DNA from: Mobula hypostoma | Lineage: Eukaryota | Assembly (NCBI RefSeq): GCF_963921235.1 | Contig: NC_086109.1 | Coordinates: forward strand, 26,600,001-26,664,000 | DNA length: 64,000 nt | Reading direction: 5' to 3' | Shown here: in pieces, positions 1 through 12,137 of the stretch | Numbering within the stretch: the stretch's first letter is position 1 | Layout of the letters: every line of letters starts with the position of its first letter | The notes under the pieces: model-generated | What the model saw: only the letters and a program-made list of their open reading frames with translations | The model's database searches: none | Told to the model about the DNA's origin: nothing | Position numbers and translations under genes: made by a program

Positions 1-2790
1 TTTTAATAAGTTGACTTTAATAAGAAGCATGACCAAACAATGTACAGTAGATTTTAAAAAGGGTTTCATTGCTCTGAAGGGATGCAGTTGCTGAGTTTAT
101 TCAAAGCTGTCGATCGATTTTTATGAATCTCAAATTTGGGAAATACGAGGACTGGGCAAGAAGGTGGGTTTGAGGGAGACTATTTGAGTTCTACTTTCAT
201 TGAAAGGTTGAGCTGGAGGACATATTACTACGCCCCCTGAATTAATATTTTATGAATCATACAACCAAGGAGAACTGACTGTGTACATGACTGAATTCTG
301 TCCAACGTTTCCAAGCATGTATTCATTTAAGGATACTGTATTGGAAAGAAAATGTTGAGGTGAAAAATTTGATGTATTTCTGATGTTAAGAATGGATCCT
401 ATAATAGGTGTGGTGTCATGTATTGTAACTTGTTCAGCCCAACCGATGTAATGTCAGAAAGTTCATTTGCTATTCAATCATATTATCATTAGAATATTTC
501 TCTACATATTAAAGTGATGACTGCACACATCTTGGTTAGTATATAAGGGATGGTAGAAATTCAGTCTTGTTATTTTGAGATTTTAAAATCAGTATCCTCT
601 TGTCTGTGGTTTGATTAATTCTAGATATCTCTAACCTCACTTTACTTGTACCTTGTCGTACTTTCTTTTGCAACAATGCTATTCTGTCTATGAATGTGTG
701 TCATAGAGTTCAAGAATGCCAAGGGGAAAAATATACTAATTTAGTACTTTATAGGGCTGATAACACCACTACCAAATAGAGGAGCCAGTATTAAGAAGCA
801 TATCACAGTCTTGCATTGCAATTGAATATTTTGGTGGACTTTTCAAAGTTAGGACAAGTTATGTATCCAACTAATTTCTGGAAAATTATAGTGCAAGTTA
901 ATGAAACAATATTAATTAAAAAAAAAATTTGACTGCAAAATTTGACTGATTTATAGAAAATACGAACAAGGATGAGAAAGGATGTCTGTGATTGATTTAA
1001 TTTGCTATTCTCTATTTTCTGCACATGACAGAGAAAACTGCTGGAGATTAATTGGGAACAAGTTCCGCATTAACGTTTTAACTGAATTTGAACTGTAATT
1101 TTATTAAATATGACAATATCCATTAAAATGATGTTTCCTCTAATTTTATTACAGTTGCATAGACCAACCATTGATCTGAGCAGGAAATTTTTTCGTGGCC
1201 TGAAAACTGCTTGGCACTTTAACAAAACAGTATATAAAAGAAAATTCCAGCTGCGCAGCATCAAAGGCTAAGTGCAGGGGTGCATTTTTAGTTACTGCAC
1301 AGCTGCCCATCGTAGCGGGAAAAGTGTTTGTGGAATAAAGAAAAAAATCCTTGGAAGTAAAGGGGATAGTTTAAAAAGTGAGGATATCATTTATATTTTA
1401 ACCTTATTCAAAGGCATATCCCAATTAGTCCTGCTTCGCCCAATTAGGAATGTAAAGAATTAGACTCGCATTTTTCCAAATTTCCAAAGAATCATCTTAA
1501 GTGTAGGAGTACAGTATTGTTGTTATTATCCCATTTATAAGTTAATAAAGGACCAGAAAACTCTGTAAAGAGCATAAAATCTTTCTTGCTCAAATTTGAC
1601 TTGCTTCAATATATTCTTTGCTTTCAGTCTTATTGTTGGATGGGTCACTTGTGTTGTTGGAGCAAGCTTATTCCAGGGGAAAACCTGTCACTGCTTGTGT
1701 TCTTGGCGCCTGTCCAGAAGCTAACAATGGTGGCATTGACTGAAGTATTGGATGAATCTGTGAAGCAACTTAAGTGCAACATGTTCAATAATCATTAGTT
1801 CTATAATACATGCATTACAGTTATGTTTTTTACGGTTTATAGTTCCTACTTTATAAATTGGAAAAAGTGACTGGTTTAATTTTAAATGCATCATGGCCTC
1901 TTTTTCTTTTCACTAATCATTTTGAAATTATGTATTTATTATCCCCTTTTCTTTCTTCCGATGGATTTGATCTAAGAGTTACAGTTTCTGTTTGTTTACA
2001 TGTGCCCTTGTATATTGCCAAGTAATGAGGGAGGTGAAATCTAAAGGTAGACTCATTTATCTTTCCTTCTGCTAATAATTCATTGAGTTTTAAATGTTTC
2101 TAAAATAATCTTATATTAGAATATGTGATTTTCCACTATAATCTAATAGTCTTGATTTACTGATACAAATGTTGTTAAGAAATGGTGCCACAGTTACCAA
2201 GATACTTGGACAATAACCAAAGAGTTGTGCCCAAGCTGTGTCCGGTTTTAGCAGCAGCTGTGCATGGATCCTTTCGATTGAAAAACAGTTTGCCTCTTAC
2301 CTCAAGCACCTGCTGAGCATATCATTGGCACAAAGGGACGCTTGTCTGCTGTTCACTGTTGTTTTGTAGGGAAGGCATGCTGATTATTGAATTGACAGAT
2401 AAATCACTGTGGACAGATCAATGATGCTTCATTGCAGAGTGATTGGCAGTAATTGTCTCTCTTCCCTTTTGTATCAGAGCATGAATGCCATTTTGTAGTC
2501 CTCTATTCTGCTGATTATAGCTTACAAGATGAACTCATTTTATCAAGTTGATGGTTAAGGTTTCAGGGACAAGGTTGTAATGAGTAATTATTGGATTGCA
2601 TTCATGTATAGAATCATTTGGAGAATAGATGTCACAACTTGTCAAACTGTATTTTTATGTTTAAGTTAATGAAATATCACTCACTTTTCAGCCAGTTAAA
2701 TTTTATTTTCAATGATTTATATGTTTTCACATTTATTTTGGTCTGTGGAATTAAATTGAACAATGGGAAAGTATTCATATTGATGACAGT

Positions 2791-2975
2791 TGCAAGAAAA
2801 TCTGCAGATGCTGGAAATCTAAGCAACACACACAATGTTGGAGGAACTCTGCAGGCCAAGCAGCATCTATGGAAAAGTGTAAACAGTCGATGTTTCAGTC
2901 TCAACCCAAAATGTCAACTGTTTACTCTATTCCATAGATGCTGCCTGGCCTGCTGAATTCCTCCAGCATTTTGTG
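2791..2975. mobile_element. Fold-back (inverted) Penelope-like terminal-repeat insertion
   Basis: Left arm (ctgcagatgctggaaatc...gcagcatctatggaaaagtgtaaacagtcga) is the reverse complement of the right arm (tcaactgtttactctattccatagatgctgcc...). Flanked by catattgatgacagt (2776-2790) / catactgatgacagt (2976-2990). Confidence 0.8.
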
Positions 2976-3279
2976 CATACTGATGACAGTGGACTTTTTT
3001 GTATCATTCCCATAAAGTTCAGAATATCAACTCTCTGAGTTGTGCACAGGCAAGAAAAAGAGGGAGAGTGACTAAACCTTCTGCAAATAATTTGGTTACA
3101 GCATATGCAAATCAGAAAATCTGTCAAAGCTAAAAATCCAGAATAAAATCTGGAAATTCTTGGGGCAGCATGTGTGAAAACAGAGAAAAAGGTCAAAGAC
3201 TCTTTCTCACTGTTCCACTAGATAGTTTGCTTAATAATTGTACCTTTTGGAGAATAGAGCTAAATTGTTTTCTAAACAA

Positions 3280-3445
3280 AAGACCATAAGACATAGGAGC
3301 AGAATTAGTCTATTCAGCCCATCAAGTCTGTTCTGCCATTCTATCATGGCTGATTTATTGTCCATCTCAACCCCGTACTCCTGCCTTCTCCCCGTAGCCT
3401 TTGACATCCTTACTAATCAGGAATCTATCAGACACTGCTTTAAAT
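3280..3445 (-). mobile_element. CR1-type LINE 3' end fragment
   Basis: agaccataagacataggagcagaattag...ttcagcccatcaagtctg is the reverse complement of the CR1 3' tail at 30440-30515. Confidence 0.7.
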
Positions 3446-4184
3446 GACTTTACGTTACTTTAACATTGCTAAAAAAAACAAGTGCAATGTCAACAGCTTA
3501 GGCCCATAGAAGATGGAGTTTCAGAGGGAAAGTCGGACCTTCCCTTCTATAAACTCCGACAATGTTGGAAGGTTTGCTGTTCTTGAATTTTTTTGTATGA
3601 CAGAGAGGTGCCTTCAGATGGAGTTTTAATTGAAGCCCAGTTTATGTAAGTTAATGTGTAATTCTTTGAGTATTTTGAATTCTTCATCAGAGAAAGTGGG
3701 TAATGTAGGCACTGGCACTGTGGAGGCATGTGAAGAGCTATGTGATAAACATTGATAGAGAGGAAATATCAAAGAGTTTTGCATTTTCAAAAGTTGATAA
3801 ATAACCAGACCTGGATAATATATAAAAGACTTGTATAAGAAGGGCAAGAGGTACCATTCTCTGAGTATCATTTTTGAAATAGCTTTGTCCACAAGCACTT
3901 TCAGCAGGCGTGGATGTGACTGAACCATCTCCTCTTGTGCTCTATATTTCTACAGTTTTTAATAAAAGAGCTGATAGCTCAAATTGTGATAAATATCAGG
4001 ATTACAACTAAACTTAGAAATAAATAAATGGAAGCACAAGATCAACAATGTTGTTTATGGGTTTTCAACCTGAGTAGTTAACTGTGTTTGCATTTCACAA
4101 ATTCTGCCTAATAGCTAAGTGTTTGTCGTATTTTTGCTTTAATTTCAGATTTCCAGCATTTTTTATTTTCAGTTGAATTTAGAA

Positions 4185-4525
4185 CATTATACATAGAAAA
4201 TCTACAGCACATTACAGACCCTTCAGCCTACAATGTTGTGCCAGCCATGTAACCTACTCTATAAGCTACCACATAACCCTCTATTTTTCTAAGCTCCATG
4301 TACCTATCTAAGAGACTCTTAAAAGACCCTATTGTATCTGCCTCACTGTGCGTACATTCCACACACCCACCACTCTGTGTTGAAAAACTTACCTCTGACA
4401 TCCCCTTTGTATGTACTTCCAAGCACCTTAAAACAATGCCCCCTTGTGTTAACCATTTCAGCCCTGGGGATAAAGTTTCTGGCTAACCACACGATCAATG
4501 CCTCTTATCATCTTGTACACCAATA
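4185..4525 (-). mobile_element. CR1-type LINE 3' fragment
   Basis: Minus-strand ORF remnant 'ADTIGSFKSLLDRYM' resembles the CR1 ORF2 C-terminus; typical 3' UTR. Confidence 0.65.
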
Positions 4526-5258
4526 GTGTTGATTTGCTTGATCCAAGCTGAGGTCTGTAGTAAAATCTGCAAAGGTGCTTCCCAGGAATCATCAAATAAA
4601 ATTAACATCTAATTTCTGGAGGTGATATTACAAACATTTGTAGAAAGGTGTATTTTATTGAGCACTTTAAAAGAGAAAGATGTGGTACGTGTTCAGGAAG
4701 GGGGTCGTAGCTGAAGATGCCATTATCAGTTTTGGAGCAAAGAAAATCGGAGTTGTGTGAGATACCAGAATCGCCTCCTATCCGCTGCATTGCAGTTTCC
4801 ATACAACACAGAGAAGCATCTTGTGAAGAACGGGGTTGAAAGGGAAAATAAATCAGTCACGATCAAATGGCAGAGCAGACTCCATGGCCTGTATGGCCTA
4901 ATTCTGTTCCTATGTGGTGTTATGGAGGAGGTTCAGGAGACTGGGAAAGATAAGGGGAAACAGACATTCAAAGGCAACAATCAGAACAGAGAGCAATGCT
5001 CTATCTGGTGTCAGCGTGGGCCAGCAAACACAGGGTTCATGAGCAATCATCGTATGACACTGAGTACAGAAATGGAAAGAACAAGTTCTGGATGGATGAG
5101 CACAGATTTAGATTAAGAGCAAAGTGGAAGGTCAGCCAGGTGACTATCAGAACAGTTGCCTCTCTAGGTTACGTTCATTGCTATCTATCCTTATAAAGAC
5201 AACTTAAGTTCCTTTAAGGACACCTAGAATGCCATAAAACTATGACCTCAATGATTTC

Positions 5259-5502
5259 ATAAAAGTTGCTGGTGAACGCAGCAGGCCAGGCAGCATCTCT
5301 AGGAAGAAGTACAGTCGACGTTTTGGGCGGAGACCCTTCGTCAATCTCTTCTTTCAGTTACTCCTGATGAAGGGTCTCGGCCTGAAACCTCGACAGTACC
5401 TCTTCCTTGAGATGCTGCCTGGTCTGCTGCGTTCGCCAGCAACTTCTATGTGTGTTGCTTGAAATTCCAGTATCTGCAGATTTCCTCGTGCTTGTGTTTT
5501 TA
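5259..5502. mobile_element. Fold-back Penelope-like terminal-repeat insertion with back-to-back hammerhead motifs
   Basis: Arms ~5258-5343 and ~5365-5450 are inverted repeats. CTGATGA at 5364-5370. TSD acctcaatgatttc (5245-5258) / acctcaataatttc (5503-5516). Confidence 0.85.
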
Positions 5503-6128
5503 ACCTCAATAATTTCCCTCTGGTTATGCTTGTACATGGCTTTGCCAGGATTGAATGGCTGATGATCTAAGGATTTAGAGAGGCATTGGCCTCATCATGT
5601 TTTAAGGATATGATTGAGTCATCCATACTGTATTACTCATAAAACATCAATCTTCAATATATTATGATTGCTGCATTACATTTGTAGTGTGGAATGTCAG
5701 AGAGAAGTTCACAATTCAAGCCGATCTGGAATAAAACTAAGTGCTGCTTTATTGGATTGGAAGGACTAAGAGATGGAAGGAGATCAATCAGCTATTGAGA
5801 GCAATGGTATTTAAAAAAAAACCTAAGATGAGATATTGAAGAAAATCAAAGAAAATTTATCCCATATTCTTTTTCCTTGAGACTATCCTATACAAATCAC
5901 TGCTGTGAAAATTAGGTCGAGTGGAACTGAGACTTGCTGGGTTATGTAGAATTCTACCACCTGAAAAACTTTCTATTTGAATAGTGAGGAGAGGAGATTC
6001 TGAATGGTGTGCATTTGGAAATGAGGTTCAACACAGTTGACTCGTTGAATTTTCCAGCAAAATTGACATTCTCATTGTTTCACCATTGAACTGACAATAA
6101 GATGACATTCTATATTAAACATGGCACG

Positions 6129-7405
6129 CATGGAAATCCCAGTTATTATCAGAGGTTCAACTCGGCCATCGGTTAAACGGGACAGGCGCTTATTTGGGAC
6201 GACTCTTAAAGAACAAAAACAAAATGAGAAAATAACAGGGATTTCTTTCATTTATTTGGGACACCATGCTGCTTAATCAGGATGGCAGATGGTCAGTCAC
6301 ATGCCCTTGTGTGGCCATTAGATACTACACTATGCTTAGAGTGATAAGTTCCATGTGCTTGTGTTATGTTACCCATTTGGGCTGATGGATACTGATTCAA
6401 AAAGCAGTTTTAAAAAACTTTTTTTTTACTTTGACTTTAAATATTTTTGAGACCCTTGCCACAAAAAGATTTGACGCTCAATGGAAAAAATTACCCTACT
6501 GGACCAAAGTAAAAACCATCTGCCTAACACCACTCATCATCAGCTGGCGTAGATAACTGAAAGGCCAAAATCTACAAATGCACATTTGATATATCAGCAA
6601 GATAAACTTCAAGAAGAATGGGCATTACACGTGAGACATAAGGGAACATCTCAAAAACAACAGTATGAAACTCGGGATCCAGATGTTGAAGAAGAAGACC
6701 TCAAAAAATGGTCTTTCCATTGTAACCCACCGAGGTGGGGGGGGGGTAGTTGTGTGTGTGAGCTTGTGTGTCAGTCAATCAGTGGATGAATGTTTTTTTT
6801 AAAAGTCAGAGGAGCTAGCTGAGAAGCTGGGTCACAAAGATTTTAAACAGATGCTTGGTTGTCTCGATAGAAATGTATATACCATATTAAATTCAAGAAA
6901 GGACACACTGAGGACGTGCAATGCCGATGAGCTTCCCTTTTTGCCATCATGCCACGCTGGATGGTTCCCTTAGCTACAAACACACAACCCTTTCAGGTTT
7001 GAAGGAAGCAATGCATCACAGAACTGTGTTGTGTTGTTCAAATATATCAGGATCTGATAAAAAGAAATTGTTTGTTATTGGGTAAAAATGCTAAACCTCA
7101 ATGCTTTAAGGGGTTAATAATGGATAGTTTACCAATCAGGTACTATGCCAGCACCGACTCAATGGATATCTCTGCCAGTAACCATTATGAACTAATACAA
7201 TTTTATAGTCCTGTAGTAATATTGATAGTGTTCTAATTTGTTCTGTATTTCATTTAAATATATAATTTATTACACAGTTAAACGGTAGTTTGTCTTATTT
7301 ATATATTTTTAACTATTTCCATGAAACTTCAGATAATTGGGACAGCTACTTAATTTGGTCAAAATGTACTGGTCCTAGTGTGTCCCAATTAACTAGAATC
7401 CACTA
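6129..7405 (+). mobile_element. Degenerate Tigger/pogo DNA transposon with transposase remnant
   Basis: Subterminal aattgggaca repeats and right TIR ...tgtcccaattaactagaatccacta + TA. Frameshifted transposase pieces: LTLxEKITLLD, DVEE..KW, EELAEKLGHKDF, NADE, VLCCSNISGSDKKKLFVIGK, KPQCFKG (CENP-B HTH / DDE_1-like). Confidence 0.75.
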
Positions 7406-7436
7406 TATTATGAACACTGCATTAGTACTGTAATGT

Positions 7437-7456
7437 AGTGTGTGTGTGTGTGTGTG
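7437..7456. repeat. (TG)n microsatellite
   Basis: gtgtgtgtgtgtgtgtgtg run. Confidence 0.9.
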
Positions 7457-7989
7457 AGATATTGAGAGAGATTTGCAATTCAACTTCCTGTCGTGTAATC
7501 AAAAGAAAATCAAAAAATTCACTGAAATTTCAGGTGTTTAAGTCAATTCACAATACTGGAAAATTTTAAATGCAGCCTAATAAGAATATTTTATATGGAA
7601 TTTTCTGCTGATTTTAAAATATCTGGTTCTAAAATAAAGTTAAACATGAGGGGTTTTCAAATATTTTTATTTTAATAAAGAGAGCATAGTATAAAGAAGG
7701 TTTGTGCAGTTCATAGCAAATGTATCAAATGTACAATTCACATCTATGAAAGAGATACACCTACAGTACAATCATGCTTGAGTTGCCTCCCTGTTTTAGA
7801 AAAAGAAAACACTTAGAATAATGGAAAAATGTTTTTTAAATGGCTTATTATATTTTGTTTCTAGTACAAACGTTTGTGTATTCCACTCTTATGTTATGAA
7901 GGGTAACACATTTTAAAAAAATATGAATTTAGCTCCTGGCTGCTGAGAAATCTTCATTTTGGCTGCTGCTTATTGCTGGCTGGCAGGCA

Positions 7990-8345
7990 TCTTCTGATAG
8001 GCACAGCCATGCAGCAGCTTGTGCAGCAGATTCGCAGCTGCAGCTGCCCCTGGTTTGATCCTGACTTCTGAGGCTGAGTGGGTGGAGTCTGCATGTTTTC
8101 TCTGTGAATGCATGGCTTTCTCCTTGGGTGTCCCAGTTTCCTCCGCATTCCAAAGTTTTGCTGATTGATGGGTTAATTGGTTGCTGTAAATTATCCCCTG
8201 CATAGTAGATGGAAGGAGAATCAGGATAGACTTTATAAGAATGGGAGAGAGAGAAATTTTAAGGGAAATAAGTGAGGGAATGAGATTGCTCTGAGAGCTG
8301 GCACAGATCCGATGGGCTGAACAGCGCCTACGTTGTAAGAAAACT
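7990..8345 (+). mobile_element. tRNA-derived V-domain-type SINE (degenerate)
   Basis: B-box-like ggtttgatcc. V-domain-like gcatggctttctccttgggtgtcccagtttcctccgcattccaaa. CR1-like tail gatgggctgaacagc. Confidence 0.6.
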
Positions 8346-9922
8346 TGAAGAAGAAATGTGACAAAAGCCATCGTTGTAATCAAGTCCATACCACTGGGAG
8401 TGTCAGTTCCTGATGGAGGGATGCAGGCATCATTGTTATTCCACAAGCTACAAAATCCAGCTCAATATGTTAGCACCAAATTGTGTGATCAGATCTGTTA
8501 ACTCTGACACAAGCCCAGAATTATTTTTGGAACTTATGTGTAACCACTTTGTAAGAACGTGAGGTACAAAATACCCAGAAGCAATATCTTAAAGCAATAT
8601 GACTTTAGCATCCTATTGAATATAATACAGAACAAAAATACTTTATTGATATTTATGCTTAATGCTTTTTCTCTGATTTTTTTCAACTACAGTAATATGA
8701 CTTTAAAATCTTAAGTGACTGAAAGCATTTATGTAACTCTTTAAGTACATTTATGTACTTTGATTTCTTAAATTGCAGTCACTTGTATTGTGGAGACATT
8801 TGTGAAGCGCGAGTTGGATTGTATTAGATGATACCATGGAAAATTTAAATGTATTTAATTTGGTCATTATGCAGACACTATTCTGTATGCAGGTAGAAAT
8901 TTGAACATGGGCCATGACAGCACCATACAGGCTCTTTGACCCATGTTCTTTGAACCTTCTCCAAGATCAGTCAAACCCTTTCCTCCCACATGGCCCTCCA
9001 TTTCGCGATCATCCATGTGTCTATCTGAGATTGTTATTAAATACTCCAAACGTATCTGCCTCCTACTACCACCCTTGGTAGGACATAATATACACCCACC
9101 ACTATCTTTGTGGGGGAGTGGGGGGGGGGGAACTTGCCTCTGATATCCCCTGTACGTTATGTAAAACTTGGAAGATAGTTGCAAATATACATTGTATTGT
9201 TTTCCTAATATTAGGTTCCACTAATGTGTGAAAACAGATTTCAGAAGCAATGCACAGTTCTCAATTGTACATTAAAATGTATTTCAGCCATAACTATAAG
9301 AGAAAACGGGCAAAATACTTGCCTCATTTTAAAATAAAATAAGAAGCCTATGTTATGTTTGGGTTGTGTTAACAACAAAAAGACCTCATGATAACTACAC
9401 AGTGGGACGTAAACTGCTCTATGCTAATGATGCCTTGCTCTGGCGACAGGCTGGTGCGAAATGTGCAGCTTTATCAGGCAAGCTTTGCCATAGGCCTGGA
9501 GCGGTGTCGGAGGTTGCAAAAGGACTCCCGACAATGCCTTGTGTACCAGCTGTGCTTAGCGTGATAAGATAAATATGCTGTATCGATTGGGTCTGGTAGC
9601 ATCATAAATAATAACCCTGGTAACTTTAAAGTATCACCATGGGACTAATTATGTGCTATATTTTTTTACAATTTTAATATCATAAATAAAACGTGTATCT
9701 TAGTTGTCCAGGAAGATCCTTATTAATTTGATTGTTAATTAACAGTTTAAATATTGTTGTTATGCCTGACTTGGGTGCTGTTTAGAAGATGATCTGGCTG
9801 TCCCATTTCTGATTATTTTCTGGTAGTGTGTGATAGACTAAGGTTGGGTGAGAACTTGACCATCATCTCTTCTACAGTGGCATTACTTGCTAGCAGGTTC
9901 ACTGAAAGCATATTTATACAGA

Positions 9923-10120
9923 GCAGCACACGCAAAATGCTGGAGGAAGTCAGCAAGTCAGTCAGCATCAATGGAGAGGAGCAAACACTCGACATTTCAG
10001 AGTGAGGCTCTTCATCAGGACCCTGCCCGAAATAGCAACCATTTGTTCCTCTCCCTAGATGCTACCTGACCTGTTGAGCGTCTCCAGCATTTTGAGTGTG
10101 TTGCTCTGAGTTTACAGCAT
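9923..10120. mobile_element. Fold-back Penelope-like terminal-repeat insertion
   Basis: Inverted arms. Minus-strand CTGATGA (tcatcag 10012-10018). TSD tttatacaga 9913-9922 / 10121-10130. Confidence 0.75.
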
Positions 10121-10199
10121 TTTATACAGAAAGGAGCAGGGGTGAGATCTAACCTTTCCTTACCACTTCACTGGCAGTAATTGGGTGTTCCTCGAAGCT

Positions 10200-10525
10200 T
10201 ACAGCACAGAACAAGGCCATTCATGCTATCATGTTCTAGGTGGCTAAATAAGACATTTCCACCCTTAAACCCTTTACAATAAAAGATTTTCCCCTGACTA
10301 CATTCTAATTCTCTTTTAGTGCTCTCTGATCAGGGAAATCGGGCTCTACTGCTCATAATATGTTGTCCTCCCTTTAAAACAATTTGATCAAATCTTCTGT
10401 CAGTCTCCCAAATTCTAAAGAGTGTAACACCAGCCTAGCTAATCCTTCCTTACAACTTATCTTCCCTAGATTCGGAAACACCTCTCTAAATCTTTTGTGA
10501 TCCCTTTCAAGTGCTATCACATCTG
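10200..10525 (-). mobile_element. Old CR1-type LINE fragment
   Basis: Minus ORF piece 'DVIALERDHKRF...EGLARLVLHSLEFGRLTEDLIKLF' matches the CR1 ORF2 C-terminal pattern (LERVQRRF...RLGLFSLE.RRLRGDLI). Confidence 0.65.
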
Positions 10526-10714
10526 TTTGGGACGTACTCACCAAAAATGTGAGAAGAAGGAAGTGTGTGGGAAAACAGATGGAAAAGTGGGAAGGAAACA
10601 ATGAAACATTAACTGTTCGTTCATGGATGCTGCCTGACCTACTGAGTTCCTTCAGCATTTTGAGTGTGTTGCTTGTGTGTGGTCAACACCATTAAACCTT
10701 TGTAAAGAATAATG

Positions 10715-12045
10715 ACCTGGCTGTACCAATACGGCATTCTGCTCAGGCTTCTCTGGCTCTTCACACTTTATGAGTTCCCCATGACTGCCATAGAGGGCAT
10801 TGAGAGGAAAACCAACAAGCACCTGCGGAGATGGGAGTTCCCCCAAGTTTCTCTTTGGTGGGCCTCTACATTAGTTCTGAGCAACTGCAGCTTCCCCTGT
10901 CATCTGTTGCGGAGGAATTCAAGGTGGCAAAATACAGAGCCTTATTAAGCTTGAGAGATTCCAATGATGTCTTGGTAAAGCAAGCAGGCGTTACAACCAG
11001 ATCTGGGCACAAGTGGGCAGCCAACGCAGCTGTGGAGGAGGCAATGTGTTCTCTGAAGCTGCGAGATATCATCGGCCACCCCTGCGTCAGGCGGCAAGGC
11101 CTCGGCTCAGTTCACTTCCAGAAGTGGGGAAATGCTAGCATAAGGAACAGGTGAGACATGATACAGGCAGAAGTACGGATCCGCGAGGAAGAGAAGCGGA
11201 TTTGAAAGGCAGTGGAACAAGGGTCCCAGGGGGCCTGGACAAAATGGGATCTGCCTAAGCGCAAGATCTCATGGGCAGAGTTATGGAGACTGGAGTCCTT
11301 CCGTATTTCCTTCCTCTTGCGATCCGTGTATGACACCCTTCCTTCACCATTACATCTGTACACATGGGGGATGAGAGAGGACCCGAACTGTAAGCTCTGT
11401 GGTCAAAAGGGGACACTGGCTCATATACTGTCCGGGTGTAAAACAGCTCTAACTCAAGGATGTTATAGGTGGCGCCATGATAAGGTGCTTCTGGCTCGTG
11501 CTGACACACTAGAGGGGGAGAGATGCAAGAAGAGGACGACTGGCACAGATTTGAGGAAGGCCATCACCTTCATCAAAGAGGGAGCTAGGCCTTTCGTAAC
11601 CAAACGACCAAAGCCCAATCTACTGCTGACGGCCAGGTCCTGGGAGATGAGGGTTGGTGTGGGAAGGGGGCTGCAGTTCCCGGATGTGGTGCACACAACC
11701 CTACGCCCGGACATCGTACTGTGGTCAACTGAAGACAGAAAAATAATTCTGGTTGAGCTGACTGTGCCGTGGGAGGAGGGATGGGAAGAGGCCCACGAAA
11801 GAATAGCCTTGAAGTACCAGCCCTTAGTGCAGGAGTGTAAAGACGAGGGATGGCAGGCATGGTTTTTCCCTGTGGAGATTGGCTGCAGAGGTTTCCCAGC
11901 CAAATCAGCATGGCGGTTGTTGTCAGATCTGGGCCTGGACGAAAGCAGCAAAAATCAAGCAGCTTGTAGGATGGGGGAAGAGGCAGAACGAGCCTCTTGT
12001 TGGATTTGGAAGGGAAGCTGGAAGACAGGAGCAGATGGACAGTGA
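10715..12045 (+). pseudogene. Disrupted ORF of the HERO-like element (RT thumb, zinc knuckle, PD-(D/E)xK endonuclease)
   Basis: Frameshift near 10831 and in-frame stops near 11152 and 11203; longest open piece 11212-12045 (277 aa). Confidence 0.85.
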
Positions 12046-12063
12046 TTTGGCCACTACTGCCGG

Positions 12064-12137
12064 CCCAACAACTGGAGAGTGTCGTGGATAAGGGTTGAAA
12101 CACTCTGTGAAGGTTGGGAACCACCTGATGACATCTG
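12064..12137 (+). ncRNA. Candidate permuted (pseudoknotted) hammerhead ribozyme in the HERO 3' UTR
   Basis: GUC 12081-12083, GAAA 12097-12100, CUGAUGA 12125-12131. Stem III AGAGTGT/ACACTCT, stem I GTGG/CCAC, outer stem CCCAAC/GTTGGG. Stem II is weak. Confidence 0.6.

Noticed and set aside
7970..8446. 158-aa minus-strand ORF
   Set aside because: Mostly the antisense of a SINE.
11463..12124. 162-aa and 179-aa minus-strand ORFs
   Set aside because: Antisense to the HERO endonuclease ORF; no recognisable domains.
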